In this document: one piece after another, positions 1-13,517 of the stretch
Numbering within the stretch: the stretch's first letter is position 1
Layout of the letters: the number at the start of each line of letters is the position of its first letter
Source of the DNA: Octopus bimaculoides
Lineage: Eukaryota
Length of the DNA stretch: 64,000 bases
NCBI RefSeq assembly: GCF_001194135.2
Contig: NC_068995.1
Span: 39,108,151-39,172,150, forward strand
Direction: 5' to 3'
Position numbers and translations under genes: made by a program
Notes under the pieces: generated by a model
Seen by the model: the letters and a program-made list of their open reading frames with translations, nothing else
What the model was told of the DNA's origin: nothing
Databases searched by the model: none

Positions 1-149
1 ATATATATATATATATACATATATACACATATGTACATATGTACATATATTCACTCAGTACTGCTTGGCATTCGCTACAGAAACTCCTATACGACATTTC
101 AGAGTGTTTGAATGCCAATCTCCGGTCAGTGCAAACTTAGTACATCTAC

Positions 150-752
150 AGAGAGTGATAAAATTCAAATATCCAGTCATCATCATAGTCTTTGGAGTGA
201 TCACTTGTGATGATGACGTTATGCCTCCATTCAGATCCCACAGGGCCTCAGACTCAACACGGAGGCCTAAATCAAGTAACTGGAGGAGGAAGTGCTACCC
301 TCGGCCTACAGGGTAGATGCTGGAAGACCATATGTTTGGCAACAGGACTCTGAAACATTCTACAGAAGCAGAACACAGTCATGGCTGTCAGAAAATTTCT
401 GCGACCACATTACTTCTAACATCTAGCCACTTAACTCCTCAGACTGCAACCCCCTTGATTATTATGATGAGCGACAGACCAAAACATCTTGTAACACCAA
501 AGATGAATTGAAGGCAAGGATTATTGCATCATTCACCAACTTATACAAGGGGGCCGTCCAGAAGAGTTACAGGAGATTCCGAAGTTGTCTGGAGGCTGTA
601 GTTGAAGCCAATAGCGATTTTGTTGAATAAAAGTTTTCTTTCGTATTTCAAGGTATTTTTCTGTAATATTGGTAAATATATCTGCTAAAATGAGATGTTA
701 GTTTTATTTTCACTTTTGCGTAATTTAGACGACAGTTTATTCATCGGATATA
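150..752 (+). mobile_element. Degenerate Tc1/mariner-superfamily transposon, maT (DD37D)-like, 3' half
   Basis: Manual translation gives VFGVITCDDDVMPPF...AGRPYVWQQDS...QSWLSENFCDHITSNI*PLNSSDCNPLDYY...KDELKARII...RFRSCLEAVVEANSDFVE*. The spacing from the second to the third catalytic D is 36, with an apparent one-codon loss. Stops and frameshifts present. Confidence 0.8.
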
Positions 753-1084
753 TGTATATATNNNNNNNNNNNNNNNNNNNNNNNNNNNNNNNNNNNNNNN
801 NNNNNNNNNNNNNNNNNNNNNNNNNNNNNNNNNNNNNNNNNNNNNNNNNNNNNNNNNNNNNNNNNNNNNNNNNNNNNNNNNNNNNNNNNNNNNNNNNNNN
901 NNNNNNNNNNNNNNNNNNNNNNNNNNNNNNNNNNNNNNNNNNNNNNNNNNNNNNNNNNNNNNNNNNNNNNNNNNNNNNNNNNNNNNNNNNNNNNNNNNNN
1001 NNNNNNNNNNNNNNNNNNNNNNNNNNNNNNNNNNNNNNNNNNNNNNNNNTATATATATACACAAACACACACACTGGTACAAAG

Positions 1085-1690
1085 AAGGTATATCCGGGTT
1101 GTCGGCGGCCAGTGACTTGAAATTTGCCGGAAGTGTGTACTTCTGATGACAGCAACACGGCACCTCATATTTTTTGCTGACAGATACTGTTGGTTGGTAG
1201 ATGACATGCACTTTTACGAGGAGCCACAGCTAGCAATAAGGGGCGCAGGTTGAATATTGTGGAACCCTATTGACAATAGTCCATTTGATGGTAGGTGTTT
1301 CGTCTCAGAGGACACGAATTTCTCCACAGACAGAGAATTGGAGTTCTCTCTGTCCTTAGATCTAAAGGAATGCAAATGATGGGAGTATATTGATGTCATT
1401 AGCTGCCATGCCTGTATAGTACTTAGTAATGTCATCGGATGGTGTAAGGGTGGCCCTGTATACTACAGCCCTTTAGAGGCCCCTCCTAGAGAGCATGTGA
1501 TAGGGTTTTTGAAGTTACAGGCTGGAATTGGGTGTTGTGTGGGAGGGTTTTTACGTATGCTGTACATGTGATTTTAGATGTGGTGCTGCCTAAGCAAGAG
1601 TAACTTGCCTTGACATTATGGCGGTTGAAGAATTTGTAATACTCATGGCGTCTGAGGGAATATCTCTTTATTAAAGACTAACGTCCACAA
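1085..1690 (-). mobile_element. Penelope-like element fragment (GIY-YIG endonuclease region)
   Basis: Minus-strand pieces read YKFFNRHNVKASYSC, CSLGG..VVYRATL, KYYTGMA..YSHHLHSFRSKDRENSNSLS and WTIVNRVPQYSTCAPYC*LWL. This is the motif order at the C-terminus of Penelope ORFs. Confidence 0.75.
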
Positions 1691-1885
1691 ACTAGCCACC
1701 ATAAACAACACCGCAAATCACCAAACCCAAGCACTTCTTTATGTCTGTATACCCGCCTCTCATCCCTTCTACATCACCCCTTGTACATAACCACACGTGC
1801 ATGTATGCATACACGCGCGCATATGCGTGCGTGTGCGTATGCATCTACTCGCCGTGCATATGCGCATGAATGTGTGTACACTGAC

Positions 1886-1923
<38 letters not shown>

Positions 1924-2950
1924 TTACTTACAGAATACCCCCTCAGCAAACGACAACATTAAATTGCTCCAGATTTACTCTTGATATTTAAACACGTCTT
2001 TTTGACTTATGTCTCCCACTCCTTTGATTCACATACGGCTTTGTGAATTCCTGTTCATTGCAGTTCATTTTCTCCAAATCATGGATTAATTCTATGAGAG
2101 ACATATTTATTAAGGATGTATAATCAACATCCGACAAAACATCTATCCCTCACAGTTGTAAAGAGTAAAGCAACGTCCCTTCCTGAGTCATATAAACACA
2201 TTGAGCCGGTTTTCTGGTTTCATGGCGTATATATTCCACACCTGAATGGAACGCCAATCTGTCGCAGGAATTTACCAGCCGAGCGAACCGAAGCAGAGGT
2301 AAATGAAACCTTTTGCTTAAGAACACAACGCATTACCCGGTCCAGTAATTGAAACCACAATCTAAATGTCATGAGTCTAACGCCCTAACCACTAAGCGAC
2401 GCACCTCCTCTCTCACAGTAGGGTTAAGATTATCCTTAACTGATTATGACAGTTTCTTATTATCCGAAGTTCATGTTGAAGAGTGGTTACGTCAATTGTT
2501 CCTTGTCGCTGTATGCCTTCATTTAGTAATACTAAAGTAGGAATCGGTCTGCGCAATCCGACCCTCTTTTTAGATTTGGATGTCTGCCACAGTGGCTCAG
2601 GGACCTAAGTCTGGTGCAGTGACCATCAAGCTGTAGATTTTATATTAGTGTGGCCTTCTCTGTGAATTATCTTACAAGACTGGGTAACTACAATAAAACT
2701 GGTGATGCCGATAGATACTAAAAGGGCACCAGATCCCTAGAGGGGGCCCCACTTCTTGATTTGCAGTCGAAGTTAACTCCCCGGCATTTTCCTATCCCAA
2801 CAAGTAGTGATCGAAGTCGGTAAAAAAAATTCCGCTAGTCTCAGATGCCGACAGGAGAAGTGTTTCCTGTATTTTCAACAGAGCTTTTTTTTTTTTTACA
2901 AAGAGTAATAAACTGCATTTAATTAATTTTATTATTTCTCTATTCATTAA

Positions 2951-3375
2951 GGCGGCGAGCTAGCAGAAACGTTTGCACGCCGGGCGAAATGCTTAGCGGT
3001 ATTTCGTCCGTCTTTACGTTCTGGATTCAAATTCCGCCGAGGTCGACTTTGCCTTTCATCCTTTCGGGTTCGTCAAATTAAGTACCAGTTATGCACTAAG
3101 GTCGTTGTAATCGTCTTAACACCTTTGTCTGTCTTTGTTTCCCCCCCTCTATGTTTAATCCCTTGTGGGCAATGAAGAAATAAGAAACGTTTGCACTCTC
3201 GACAAAATGCTAAACGGCATTTCGTCCGTCCTTATGTTTTGAGTTTAAATTCCATAGGTCGGCTTGGCCTTTCATCAATTCGGAGTTGATATAATGAGTA
3301 CCAGTTGAGCACCGGACCTATGTAATCGACTTAGCACCTCCCTCGAACTTGTCGGTTTTGTCCCAATATTTGAGG
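2951..3375 (+). mobile_element. tRNA-derived SINE (family A) followed by a partial second copy
   Basis: Head ggcggcgagctagcagaaacg...ttcaaattccgccgaggtcgactttgcctttcatcc. The same sequence recurs at about 17.9, 38.1, 45.4, 47.3, 50.7 and 61.5 kb. Confidence 0.85.
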
Positions 3376-4224
3376 TTATTGTTTCTATGTTTTTTTTTAT
3401 TCTCTATGCGAATGAGGAAAATGTAAAGACAGCAAATAACAATGAATTTTTTGTGATATTTATTTTCGTTGTAAAATGATGCTCGGAATAAGAATCGAAC
3501 CGATTATTTTCACCATCAATACGGTTTATTTTCCTTTCGCTTCACCTCTCTTCCAAATTGTCGTAAAGGTGATAATAGCGTAAAGGTGATAAATGTGATT
3601 CAAGAGGTTAAGCTTTTGGCAGGATTATTAACACGTGGGTTCTTCCTTTCGATAATGTACGTATGTTGCGATATATACGACTGTATTTTCATTTTATCTT
3701 GTAGGCCTGGTGTTTCTATTTTTCATGTGTACGTGTAAGTATTAGCGTGTTTGTTCCTATACGTCTGTTTCTTCTAGCTATACATGGAATAGAGTAAAGC
3801 GTATTTGCTGATGAACACCTTTAATTGCTGCCATCTTCTTAGTGGTAATGTCTCCTTCAGCAGATAAATATTATCTTGTAACGGTTTCGTTTCTCAAACA
3901 TTTATGTTTATTGTTTTCTATCCGTTTGAAGTTCACTATCTTTTTAATATGCTTTTATCAATAAAGTGTTTCGTAGCATTAATACTTGACGACATTTGCA
4001 TAACAGTAAAAAAAAACAGGAACATAAACTGCAAAATGAAACGTTTATAGAATATTACTTCACTTTGGAAGAAATCTAAAGTACAGTTAGAATGATTTGG
4101 GTGAAATCTAGCTTGAGAACGTATATATGTACAAAGTCTGTGACTATGTATGAATAATGAATACAACATGTACATTGTATATGGAACACTGTGTGCATTT
4201 CGTGTATATTATTTATATCACACA

Positions 4225-4350
4225 TAGTTGTGTGGTTAAAAGCTTCGCTTTCTATGCAGGTGGATTCAGTTTCGATCCCATTATATGATACCTTATCCAA
4301 AAGCCTAGGCCATTTTTTCTCAAGCGGGGCCCATATAACGCAGTGATCCA
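4225..4350 (+). mobile_element. SINE family C fragment
   Basis: gttgtgtggttaaaagcttcgcttt...ggattcagtttcgatccca...accttatccaaaagcc; similar to the copies at 30965 and 57400. Confidence 0.55.
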
Positions 4351-4869
4351 TATAAGATGTTGTTAAGGTTTATAAGCCATACATTAGTTATACTTCTACA
4401 ATACAAAGAATATTTTAGCAATTCTTTAGTTACACAATCCTTAATGATATCTAAATATGAAAGGTTTATATTCTTTGAAATCTGTAAAATAGGAATAAAT
4501 GGGGTACATAAGCAAAAGAGAAAACAATTGTTTCAGAACCATTGGTCCACAGCGTAGCCTCAAGTCAACCAATTCCCTCTCAGTCAATTTCATACATTGA
4601 ATCTGTGCTAAAGCCCGTTCGTATGTGTGTTGTGTATGTGTGTATGTGAGTCTGTGTGTATATGTGTATGCGGACGTATGTGTGTGCGAGCGTCTGTGCG
4701 TGTGCACGCGAGTATATGTATTTATGTACGTTTCGTCTTTCTCCAGTATCATTTCGAGAGCCATTTTAAATATGATATTACGTACATGCTATTCATTCAA
4801 CGCAAATTCCTGTACTTCCAGTTAATTGATCCCCCGATACTCTACTGGAATAGAAATGAGTGTGGTATT

Positions 4870-5295
4870 GAAGTATATCTCTTGTTATCAAGTAACAGTT
4901 TGCAAACCGAATGCAAATCCCAGCATTATTTAACACAACCAATAATGAGATGCAACATATGTTCAGCAATATCTAGGATCAAAATTCAAAACAATTTTAA
5001 ACACACCAAGAGATAAAGTCTATGATTTGCAGTTGTCGAAATATAGAGATCTTTGGGCTGAAAATGAAATGCATTAAGAAAAGCATAATCTATAATACTG
5101 ATGTCAGCAAAATCTCCTTCAATACCCCCCATATATATATAAAACTGTCCGATGAACAGGAACGTGAAACTCCGAGTAACAGTCTCTTGTTATATTTCTG
5201 CTGCTTTTAAATAAAGCATATTACTCTACCTCTGGTATTTGAGTACACTTTTTTCCGCCTTGTTGCACATTTTATGTGCTTATTCCGGTATATAC
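4870..5295 (+). mobile_element. Penelope-like 3' end with pseudo-LTR carrying a minimal hammerhead motif
   Basis: 5144-5183 folds as a type I hammerhead. 5140-5295 is homologous to 9300-9454 on the minus strand. The upstream coding remnant is only weakly recognisable. Confidence 0.55.
5144..5183 (+). ncRNA. Minimal type I hammerhead ribozyme-like motif (CCGAUGA core)
   Basis: Helix I actgt/acagt (5 bp, perfect); core ccgatga; helix II aca-ggaa-cgt; gaaa; near-palindromic helix III actc-c-gagt; GUA cleavage triplet ending at 5178. Confidence 0.6.
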
Positions 5296-5967
5296 ATATA
5301 TATATATATATTATATTATATTATATATTCGAAAACAATTTCAAAAATCACCTGCATGTAACAGATTATTTCTTTCGTGAATCAGAAGAGAGAACCACGT
5401 TTTTTAACTTTAATTAAATGTCAAGAGATAAAGAAAATTAACAAGGGACCAACACATTTGCAGAGAAAAAATAATTCACCTCCTTTGCCACCAAATTCTA
5501 AACAACAAAAAAAAGATGTTGGAATGAGAATTAATTTTCCCACGCTATCTTTTGCATAAAACCTGTCTTCTGAGATGAAATTGAAAGAAAACCCATCTGA
5601 TGTTTGATGAAATCTCTTAACGTTCAATACATTCAGCTATTATAGGATATTCCTCTTTCAGCCTACTGATAAATCCACTTGGCTTAAAGATGCTGATTAT
5701 ACAGAATATTTATTCATAGGGTCGTAATCCAGTTACCATGCACAGAGACGAGTACCGTACCCACATACGCACTCACACATGCACTCACACACGGCCTACG
5801 TGCACCTCACCACATATATATACACGCTCAGAATCACGCAAAATCTGGCACATACTCTCCTTCTCTCCCAATCTCTCTCACTCTGTATCTCTCTCAACAA
5901 CTCCCTCTCTGTCTCTTAGAAACTCATACATATACACACGTACCGTACACACACACAAGAGACAGAA

Positions 5968-6057
5968 AGAAGAAGAAGAAGAAGAAGAAGAAGAAGAAGA
6001 AGAAGAAGAAGAAGAAGAAGAAGAAGAAGAAGAAGAAGAAGAAGAAGAAGAAGAAGA
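5968..6057. repeat. (AGA)n microsatellite
   Basis: Pure trinucleotide run; it explains the poly-E/L/F ORFs in the track. Confidence 0.95.
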
Positions 6058-8269
6058 GTGCGATATGAAAAGAACAAGGACGAGGTCGGCGATGAGATGA
6101 TGCAGGAGGGGAGACGGTGGGGAAGGGAACGTGGTGACTTGATGAAGAAGAGCTGAAGGAAATGGTTATGGAGGGGGAGAGAAGAGAACGAGAATAGCAA
6201 AAACGAAAGGGAAACATCAAAAAGAAAAGAAGAAAAATAACAAGAAATAATTCTCATAATGTTCAAGCCAACGATGAACTTATACTGAAGAAATTATAAC
6301 AGAAATATGAACGCTTTAGATGATTAACTTTTACTTATGCAGTCCATGGATAATTTTGGTTTAATATGTAAAGTTTATATTGTAAATGAGCCAAAATCAC
6401 AACCTTTACACGACACTTGCAGCAAGTAAAAATAGTAGACACATCTTCATGAGTACACACCCTTCTGAATTTGAACAAAGACAAATATTATATATGGTCT
6501 GATGCGGAACATGCTTTGTTGTTCATTGTGCGTCTTTAAAGCCTAAATTTAAACTCTGCCGAGGTTAATTTTTGCATTTCTTCCCACCAGGTTTGATAAA
6601 ATATGGTGGCTGTCAACGACTTCTTTCAATGGTGAAGCTTTGAATACATTGATCTGTTTGAATAAAGACTGAATTCTCAGGATTAGGAAGAATTTTACTA
6701 TAGATTACATCGATCTTTGGTGTCCTCTGATTAAATTATGGTTTCTGATTTAGGTATGAGGACAGTAATTTTTAAGCGAGATAGTTATTCGATACTATCG
6801 ACTACAGTACTTGACTGGTAATTTCCTGTATAGGCCGTGGAGAAAGAAAAGATAAAGTTTAACTGCAGTATACCAATGACTTTGTCAGATACCCGCATTT
6901 AACTACGGCTAAACATTTCTTTCTAGGAGTTTGGTCTATAATTTGGGCACAAGGATTGCAGTCTAGCACTGGAAGGTTTAAATAGAAAAGTTGACCCCGG
7001 CAGAATTGGAATCGGTATGTAAATAATTGGAAGAAATTTCTCTTTTTTTTTCTTTTTAAATTTGTGTTTTCATTTACCAATTCAGTTTGGCGAACAAAGG
7101 ACTCGGGTGCTTATTCATTGCTGATCAATATTAGCTTCAAATAAAAAAAGACGGAAAGAGCAGGATATTTGTACCCACGCTTGCAACACTAGAAATGAAA
7201 AAGAAGAATTATTCCACGTCAGGAATTATATTTCATTAGCATTTCCATGCCTATACCAAAAGAAAAAAAAAACTGGAAAATATTCATCGGTTTCTGTTTC
7301 ATATTTTTGAACAGAAATAATGCAGACCTTACGACATTACTTCTATTGATAAATAGCATTCAAATATCGGTCAATTTCACTAGGGAAATAATGAAATGGA
7401 ATTTCATTTTTGGGCAATCTAGTACTTAAGGACAATGACACTGCTACAAGGGATTTCTACTGCAAGCACATGAACGCACCGCAATACTTAGATTTTAGGA
7501 TATTGAAAGAAACACTTATTCCATATGGATTATATAATCCTATATATTCCATATAAGAATACATATTCCTATATATTCAATAGGCACACACAAATATATG
7601 AGAGTGGCGACTAGCAGAACTAAAGATATTTTTTCACAAACGAAAATACTCGAAAAAATTAGTACATCTTGTAATAACAAAAGCAAAAATATATCCTAAT
7701 ATCTGTATTACGGAGAAATCACTACAGTGAGAGCGATGACAAACAAAAATATAAATAATCAATTTGCGGTCACACATAACCCTACACACCATATAATCTT
7801 ACAGCCGGCCAAACGATACCTTCCAGTCCTACACTAATCATCAAATATCAGGCAAAACAATTAAAGAATAACAACTAATCAGCTGCTAAAGAGATTCACT
7901 ATATCTTAACAGACAATTGACAGAGAAATTCACATTAGAAAAAGAAATAGTGCTGATAACATGCCGTTGCGATCCTCGTTGTGGGATGTGTGAAATAAGT
8001 GAACTGAGAAAAATCAAAAATATGCAGGAATGGGGCAGAATTGAAGGTTAATGCAAATATGAAGTGTAGACCAAAAACTGCATCATATACCCGTAATACA
8101 TTGATAATTATATCGTTCAAAGCAAGAAATCAAAGATAAATATATTAGAAAAGTACCAAATAGTGAACATCTAAATGGATAATATAAAAATATTTCCGTT
8201 CCATATAGTGAACAACTAAGTGGAAAATAGAAAACATTTCCGTTCAAATGGAAAATATAAAGCATTTCC

Positions 8270-8465
8270 GTTTCTGTTGTAACTGTATTTCAAAAGGCCA
8301 ACCTTGTCTCACTCTGTGTCACGCTGAATCTCCTCGAGAACTACGTGAAGTGTACACGTTATCTGTGGAGTTCTCATTCACTTGCACCTTAATTTCACGA
8401 ACCGGCTGTTCCGTTGATCGGATCAACTGGGAACCTCGTAGTTGTAACCGACAGAGTACCACGAC
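8270..8465 (+). mobile_element. SINE family B, 3' fragment
   Basis: Matches the 3' half of 11439-11816 (gtgtcacgctgaat...ctgttccgttgatcggatcaactgg). Confidence 0.8.
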
Positions 8466-9129
8466 TAACCTTGTTACTATATAGGTCACAGTACAATTTT
8501 TTCTGCAATTTATAAAAAATGTTTTATATCTTGAAAGTATTCTTTATATTAGAATTAGCTTCATCATTAATTTTATTTAATTAAGAATATATTTTTAAAA
8601 TCAAATATCACATTATATTTTTTGCACATTTTTTTTTGTTGTAATTTATTTCAATATAACAATCATATATTAATACAAAAGAAGCACTATTTTGTTATAA
8701 TAAATATCTCTTGCATACTTTAATTTTAATGTTACTCATTATTGGTTGGGTAGAATTGAAACCGCGGCCTTGGATTAATAAAAAGGATAATAATAATAAG
8801 GGGGTAAGCAATTGGATGAAGAAATGAAAGAAAACATGCTTGAAGCTCAACCTAAATACATAAGAAAGAATTGACACATTTTCATTAGCATTATAGCATA
8901 GCTTAGAAAAATATGGATTATATGGGGAAATGCGAGCAAGAGAAATATATTCTTTAACTTATAAACCTGGAAAAGTACAGGACAAGTTATTACATTTGGA
9001 AAAGCTCAGGACAACTTATTACATCTAGTGAAGTACAGATCGAGAAAGATTTTACTTAAAGTAGTGCAGTTAATGATAAAATTTGAATATTAAAAAATCA
9101 TTTGAGTTCAATTCAAAAAGTAACATTAT

Positions 9130-9454
9130 TTTGGTAAGATATTGACACACTAAGGTGAAGTGTATTTGCTACTTAAATGTGGCTGAACCCTAAGGGTGGA
9201 TATTAGTGTTGCTTTTAGCCCCAGGAGAACATCTCCTCCAGCTGGCTATTGACACACATCTGTGTCTTGTCTGTATTTGCAAAGGGTGTATGTACGAATA
9301 TATATATACCAGAGTAAGCATATAAATGCGAAACAACATAGAAAATATAGCACTCGAATACCAGAGATAGAGTAATATGCTTTATTAAAAAACAGCAAAA
9401 ATATCACAAAAACTTGTACTCAGCGTTTCACGTTCCCGTTCGTCGGACAGTTTT
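9130..9454 (-). mobile_element. Penelope-like pseudo-LTR / 5' fragment with a degenerate hammerhead
   Basis: The reverse complement reads aaaactgt-ccgacga-acg-ggaa-cgt-gaaa-cgc-t-gag-ta-caagtttt, then ...aataaagcatattactcta.ctctggtatt, homologous to 5140-5295. Confidence 0.55.
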
Positions 9455-9481
9455 GTTTAGAATATATATATATATATATAT

Positions 9482-9515
<34 letters not shown>

Positions 9516-10054
9516 TGAGATATAAGTGGGACGGAGAAAGGTATTAAGGAATACGAGAGAGGGAAAAGGAAATCGGAGAGACAGAAGAACGATGGGGAGA
9601 GAGAGAGGAGGAAATACTAAGGGAGAAAAACAAGAATGAGAGAGTGAGAGAGACAGAGAAGGAAAGACAGAAAATGAGAGACATAAAGAAAAAGGAGAAA
9701 GGAAAAGGGTGAAAAACGAGGAAAAGTAGGCGAGAGTGGTACATAATATTCAAGTGGTATTTTTTTTTTTTAGAAACTAAACACCAAATTGCACGTAGCG
9801 CCGCATGGATGAATCAAAAAGCAAAAAAAAAAAACAACACAACTAACGGAAATCGTCAAAACATTATAAACAGGAAAAGGACGATAGCACAACAACGGCA
9901 AACAGAACAAAACAAGATACACGGATCATTCGCAGCCAACTACCTCTTCAGAAAGAAAGAGAGAAAGAGAGAGAGAGAGAGAAAGTGAGAGAGAGAGAGA
10001 GAGAGACGGAGAGAGAGGGGGGAAGCGCGAGAGAGAGGAAGAGANNNNNNNNNN

Positions 10055-10127
<73 letters not shown>

Positions 10128-10562
10128 GAGAGAGAGAGAGGAAAAGAGAGAGAGAGAGATAAAAACTCTTCCAGAAGAACGATTCCTGTAAGGTAGGACC
10201 CTGTTGGTGTTACCAGGTGTCAAACAGTAACGTACATCTAATTACACAATTCCTGATATCGGAAACAGCTGTAAGCCAATGAATTACGTTTGTTCTGTTC
10301 TTCTGTAACTTATTTATATCATGTTCTGTACTAAACATCAGATTTATTAAGGAAAGCTGAGGTGAAAATGTCAATGAATTTACGCTATTCTGCCATCTGC
10401 GCTTTGAAACATCGTGCCTTATAAGTATATTAAGATTTTGCAAACGGTTACTGGTCCTGCCATAGTTAAGCATAACCCTTATATGTGTGTGTAATTATGT
10501 GTACGTATACATATGAATGCATATTTATACACACTCATACAGACACACACACTCACATGATA

Positions 10563-10612
<50 letters not shown>

Positions 10613-11438
10613 AACGCCCACTTATGTCAGTATGTATATAAGCATAAACACATATATGTGTGTGTGTGTAGACAGTTGAAAGTGACACAAGTCGATATGT
10701 ATGTATTCCATATATATATATATATATATATATGCCTAGCTAGATAGCTAGATAGACAGATAGACAGATAGAGAGAAATATGTATGTGTGTGTGAGTATA
10801 TATTTGCATATAGGTCAATATATATATATGTGTGTGTGTGTTTGTGTGTGTGTGTGTATGTGTGCACACATACATACATGCATATATGTTTGTTTGTGTG
10901 TATGCGTTCGCGCGCGGTGGTGCGTTTGTGTATGTGCGTGTTTCTTACATAATCTTCAATTGTACGCAGATAATATTTTCAATTGGTCTTGTGAGTGGAC
11001 GTTCATTTCTCTCTCTATATATAAATATATGAGCGAAAATGTGAGTGTGCGTCTGTGTGCGTGCGTCTGTGTGCGTATGTCTGTGTTTGTTCGCTACCGT
11101 ATATGTGAATGCATCTTCATATAAATCTATATATATTTCTGTAAGCATATGTTCGGGCGTATCTTCCACTGACACCTATTTTATCAGTTTTGGAAGGATG
11201 AAGATAACTCTGACCTTTGCAGAGCATGATTGCTTTTATCTGTTGCCTACGTGAGATAAAATTGTTTACAAGACCTACTTGAAATATCACTGCTTCCAGA
11301 TGGGCAAAACCATATCCCTGCTACTAGTGCAGTGTTTCGCGGTAATTCTATTTGCCAAGAAAATATGTGCATCCATCACAATAATTCTTGTTGTTATTCA
11401 TCTTCCATCTTTTGAAAACGTTATTATATTTGGCTTGT

Positions 11439-11816
11439 AGTGGAGGTGCAATGGCCCAGTGTTTAAGGCAGCGGACTCTCGGTCATAGGATCGCGGTTTC
11501 GATTGCCAGACCGGGCGTTGTGAGTGTTTATTGAGCGAAAACATCTAAAGCACCAGGAGGCTCCGGCAGGGGGTGGCGAACCCTGCTGTACTCTTTCACC
11601 ACAACTTTCACTCTTACTTCCTGTTTCTGTTGTACCTGTATTTCAAGGGGCCAGCCTTGTCATACTGTGTCACGCTGAATATCCCCGAGAACTACGTTAA
11701 AGGTACACGTCTCTGTGGAGTGCCCAGCCACTTGCACGTTAATTTCACGAGCAAGCTGTTCCGTTGATTGGATCAACCGGGACCCTTGACGTCGTAAGCG
11801 ACGGAGTGCCAACAAC
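11439..11816 (+). mobile_element. Full-length tRNA-derived SINE (family B) with 11-bp TSD
   Basis: tRNA-like head (ggcccagtgtttaaggcagcggactc...gtttcgattgcc) and (CAA)n tail. Perfect TSD atttggcttgt at 11428-11438 and 11817-11827. Confidence 0.9.
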
Positions 11817-12073
11817 ATTTGGCTTGTTACTGTCCTTTACTGTCCTTTACAACAGATTTTACCACTTTACGAAAACTAGACAGAGACGCTCAATAATCAT
11901 TTGTTTAAGAATAGTTACTATGTCCTGTATATTTTCCACTAATCATTTATTTCCTGTTTTCTTCTTGCTAATTTTAATAGCAAAACCAGAAACTTGCTAC
12001 TTATCTCAATCCGCTCCCCACCCATAAATTTACACGTTGTAATTCTTCTCTTCTCTTCTCTTCTCTTCTCTTG

Positions 12074-12105
<32 letters not shown>

Positions 12106-12269
12106 GCTACTAGCAGAGGCACTCGGCGTTGCGCGGAAATGAAATTGTTTCATATATTAGAAGAAAAAAGCAAAATATGTTATACAGGAATTTGCTATTC
12201 TAAATTCAATTTATTCTTCCATTGCGATACAATTTGTTCTTCAAAAGAGAATCAATTTTGAATCCATAA

Positions 12270-13479
12270 TAACAATAATATAGTTAATGGTTTAACATTC
12301 CTACTTCCAAAAAAAATAAAGGAACAAATGAACCAAAAACTTATCGACCCATAGTCTGCTTAAAAACAATGTATAAAACGCTAACATCTGTCCTGACTGA
12401 ATACACCTATAGTTTTTTTAATAGAAAGTAGCAAGCATATTCCCTAATGAGCAAAAAGGATATAAACGTGGATCTTATAGTTGTAAAGATCAGCTACTCA
12501 CCAATAAGATGATCTTAGAAGATTGTCACAAACGACACAAAAAGTTGTCAATAGCCTGGTTAGACTATAAAAAAGGTTTTTGATAGCCTACCACATAAGC
12601 TGGATTAAGAAATGTCTGGATATGTATAAAATCGCTCCTACTCTGCGAAACTTTTCGTCTGTAAGTATGAGATCAAGGAGAAACACACTGATTTTGAACA
12701 GTGACTATGAATCCCTAAATGCTGGAGATTGTAAGAATTTCATTTTACATTTTCCAGAGTGACTCACCATCTCGATTCCTCTTTTGTCTAGCCTTAATAC
12801 CTCTCTCAAAATTGCTGAATGATGCACAGTACTGTTAGAAAGTGTTTGATAAAAATATAAATCATCTCGTGTGCATGGATGATTTACAGCTATTTGCAAA
12901 AAATGACAAACAGTTCAAGAGCTTACTAGCGATTGTTAAACAATTCAGTGATGACATCAGGATGCAATTTAGCCTCGATAAATGTGCAAAAGCTACGTTT
13001 ATCAAAGGAAAATTGACAGAAACATCTAACGTTAACCTTGACCAACAGAATGTCATAAAAGAGTTAGAACCAGTGGAGAGCTACAAATACCTAGGGGTAA
13101 TTGAAGGGGACGGAATCAAACATTCAGTGATGAGTGAAAGGATCAGAAGAGATTGTTATCGCAGGGTGAGAGCGATACTGAAGACAGAGCTAAATGCAAG
13201 AAACAGGATCGAAATAATCAATGCTTTAGCCATACCAGTCGAGATTTACAGTTTCAATTACTGAAATATGCAATCTTGACAGAAAAATACGAAAACTGTT
13301 AACGATGCATAGAATGCACCACGCTAGGGCAGATATAGAACGACTTTATCCGCCAAGAAAAGTGCGAAGCCGTGGATTTTACAACTGGCATTAACAAGGA
13401 AGATTGCTACAATTGACCCAGACAGCTACCTGAAAAACTCTGAGGACTGACTGTTAAAGCTTGACTCAAAACATGAAAA

Positions 13480-13517
<38 letters not shown>

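Noticed and set aside
7700-8110. RTE-like LINE remnant (CRPKTASY..TL)
   Set aside because: Too degenerate to support by eye.
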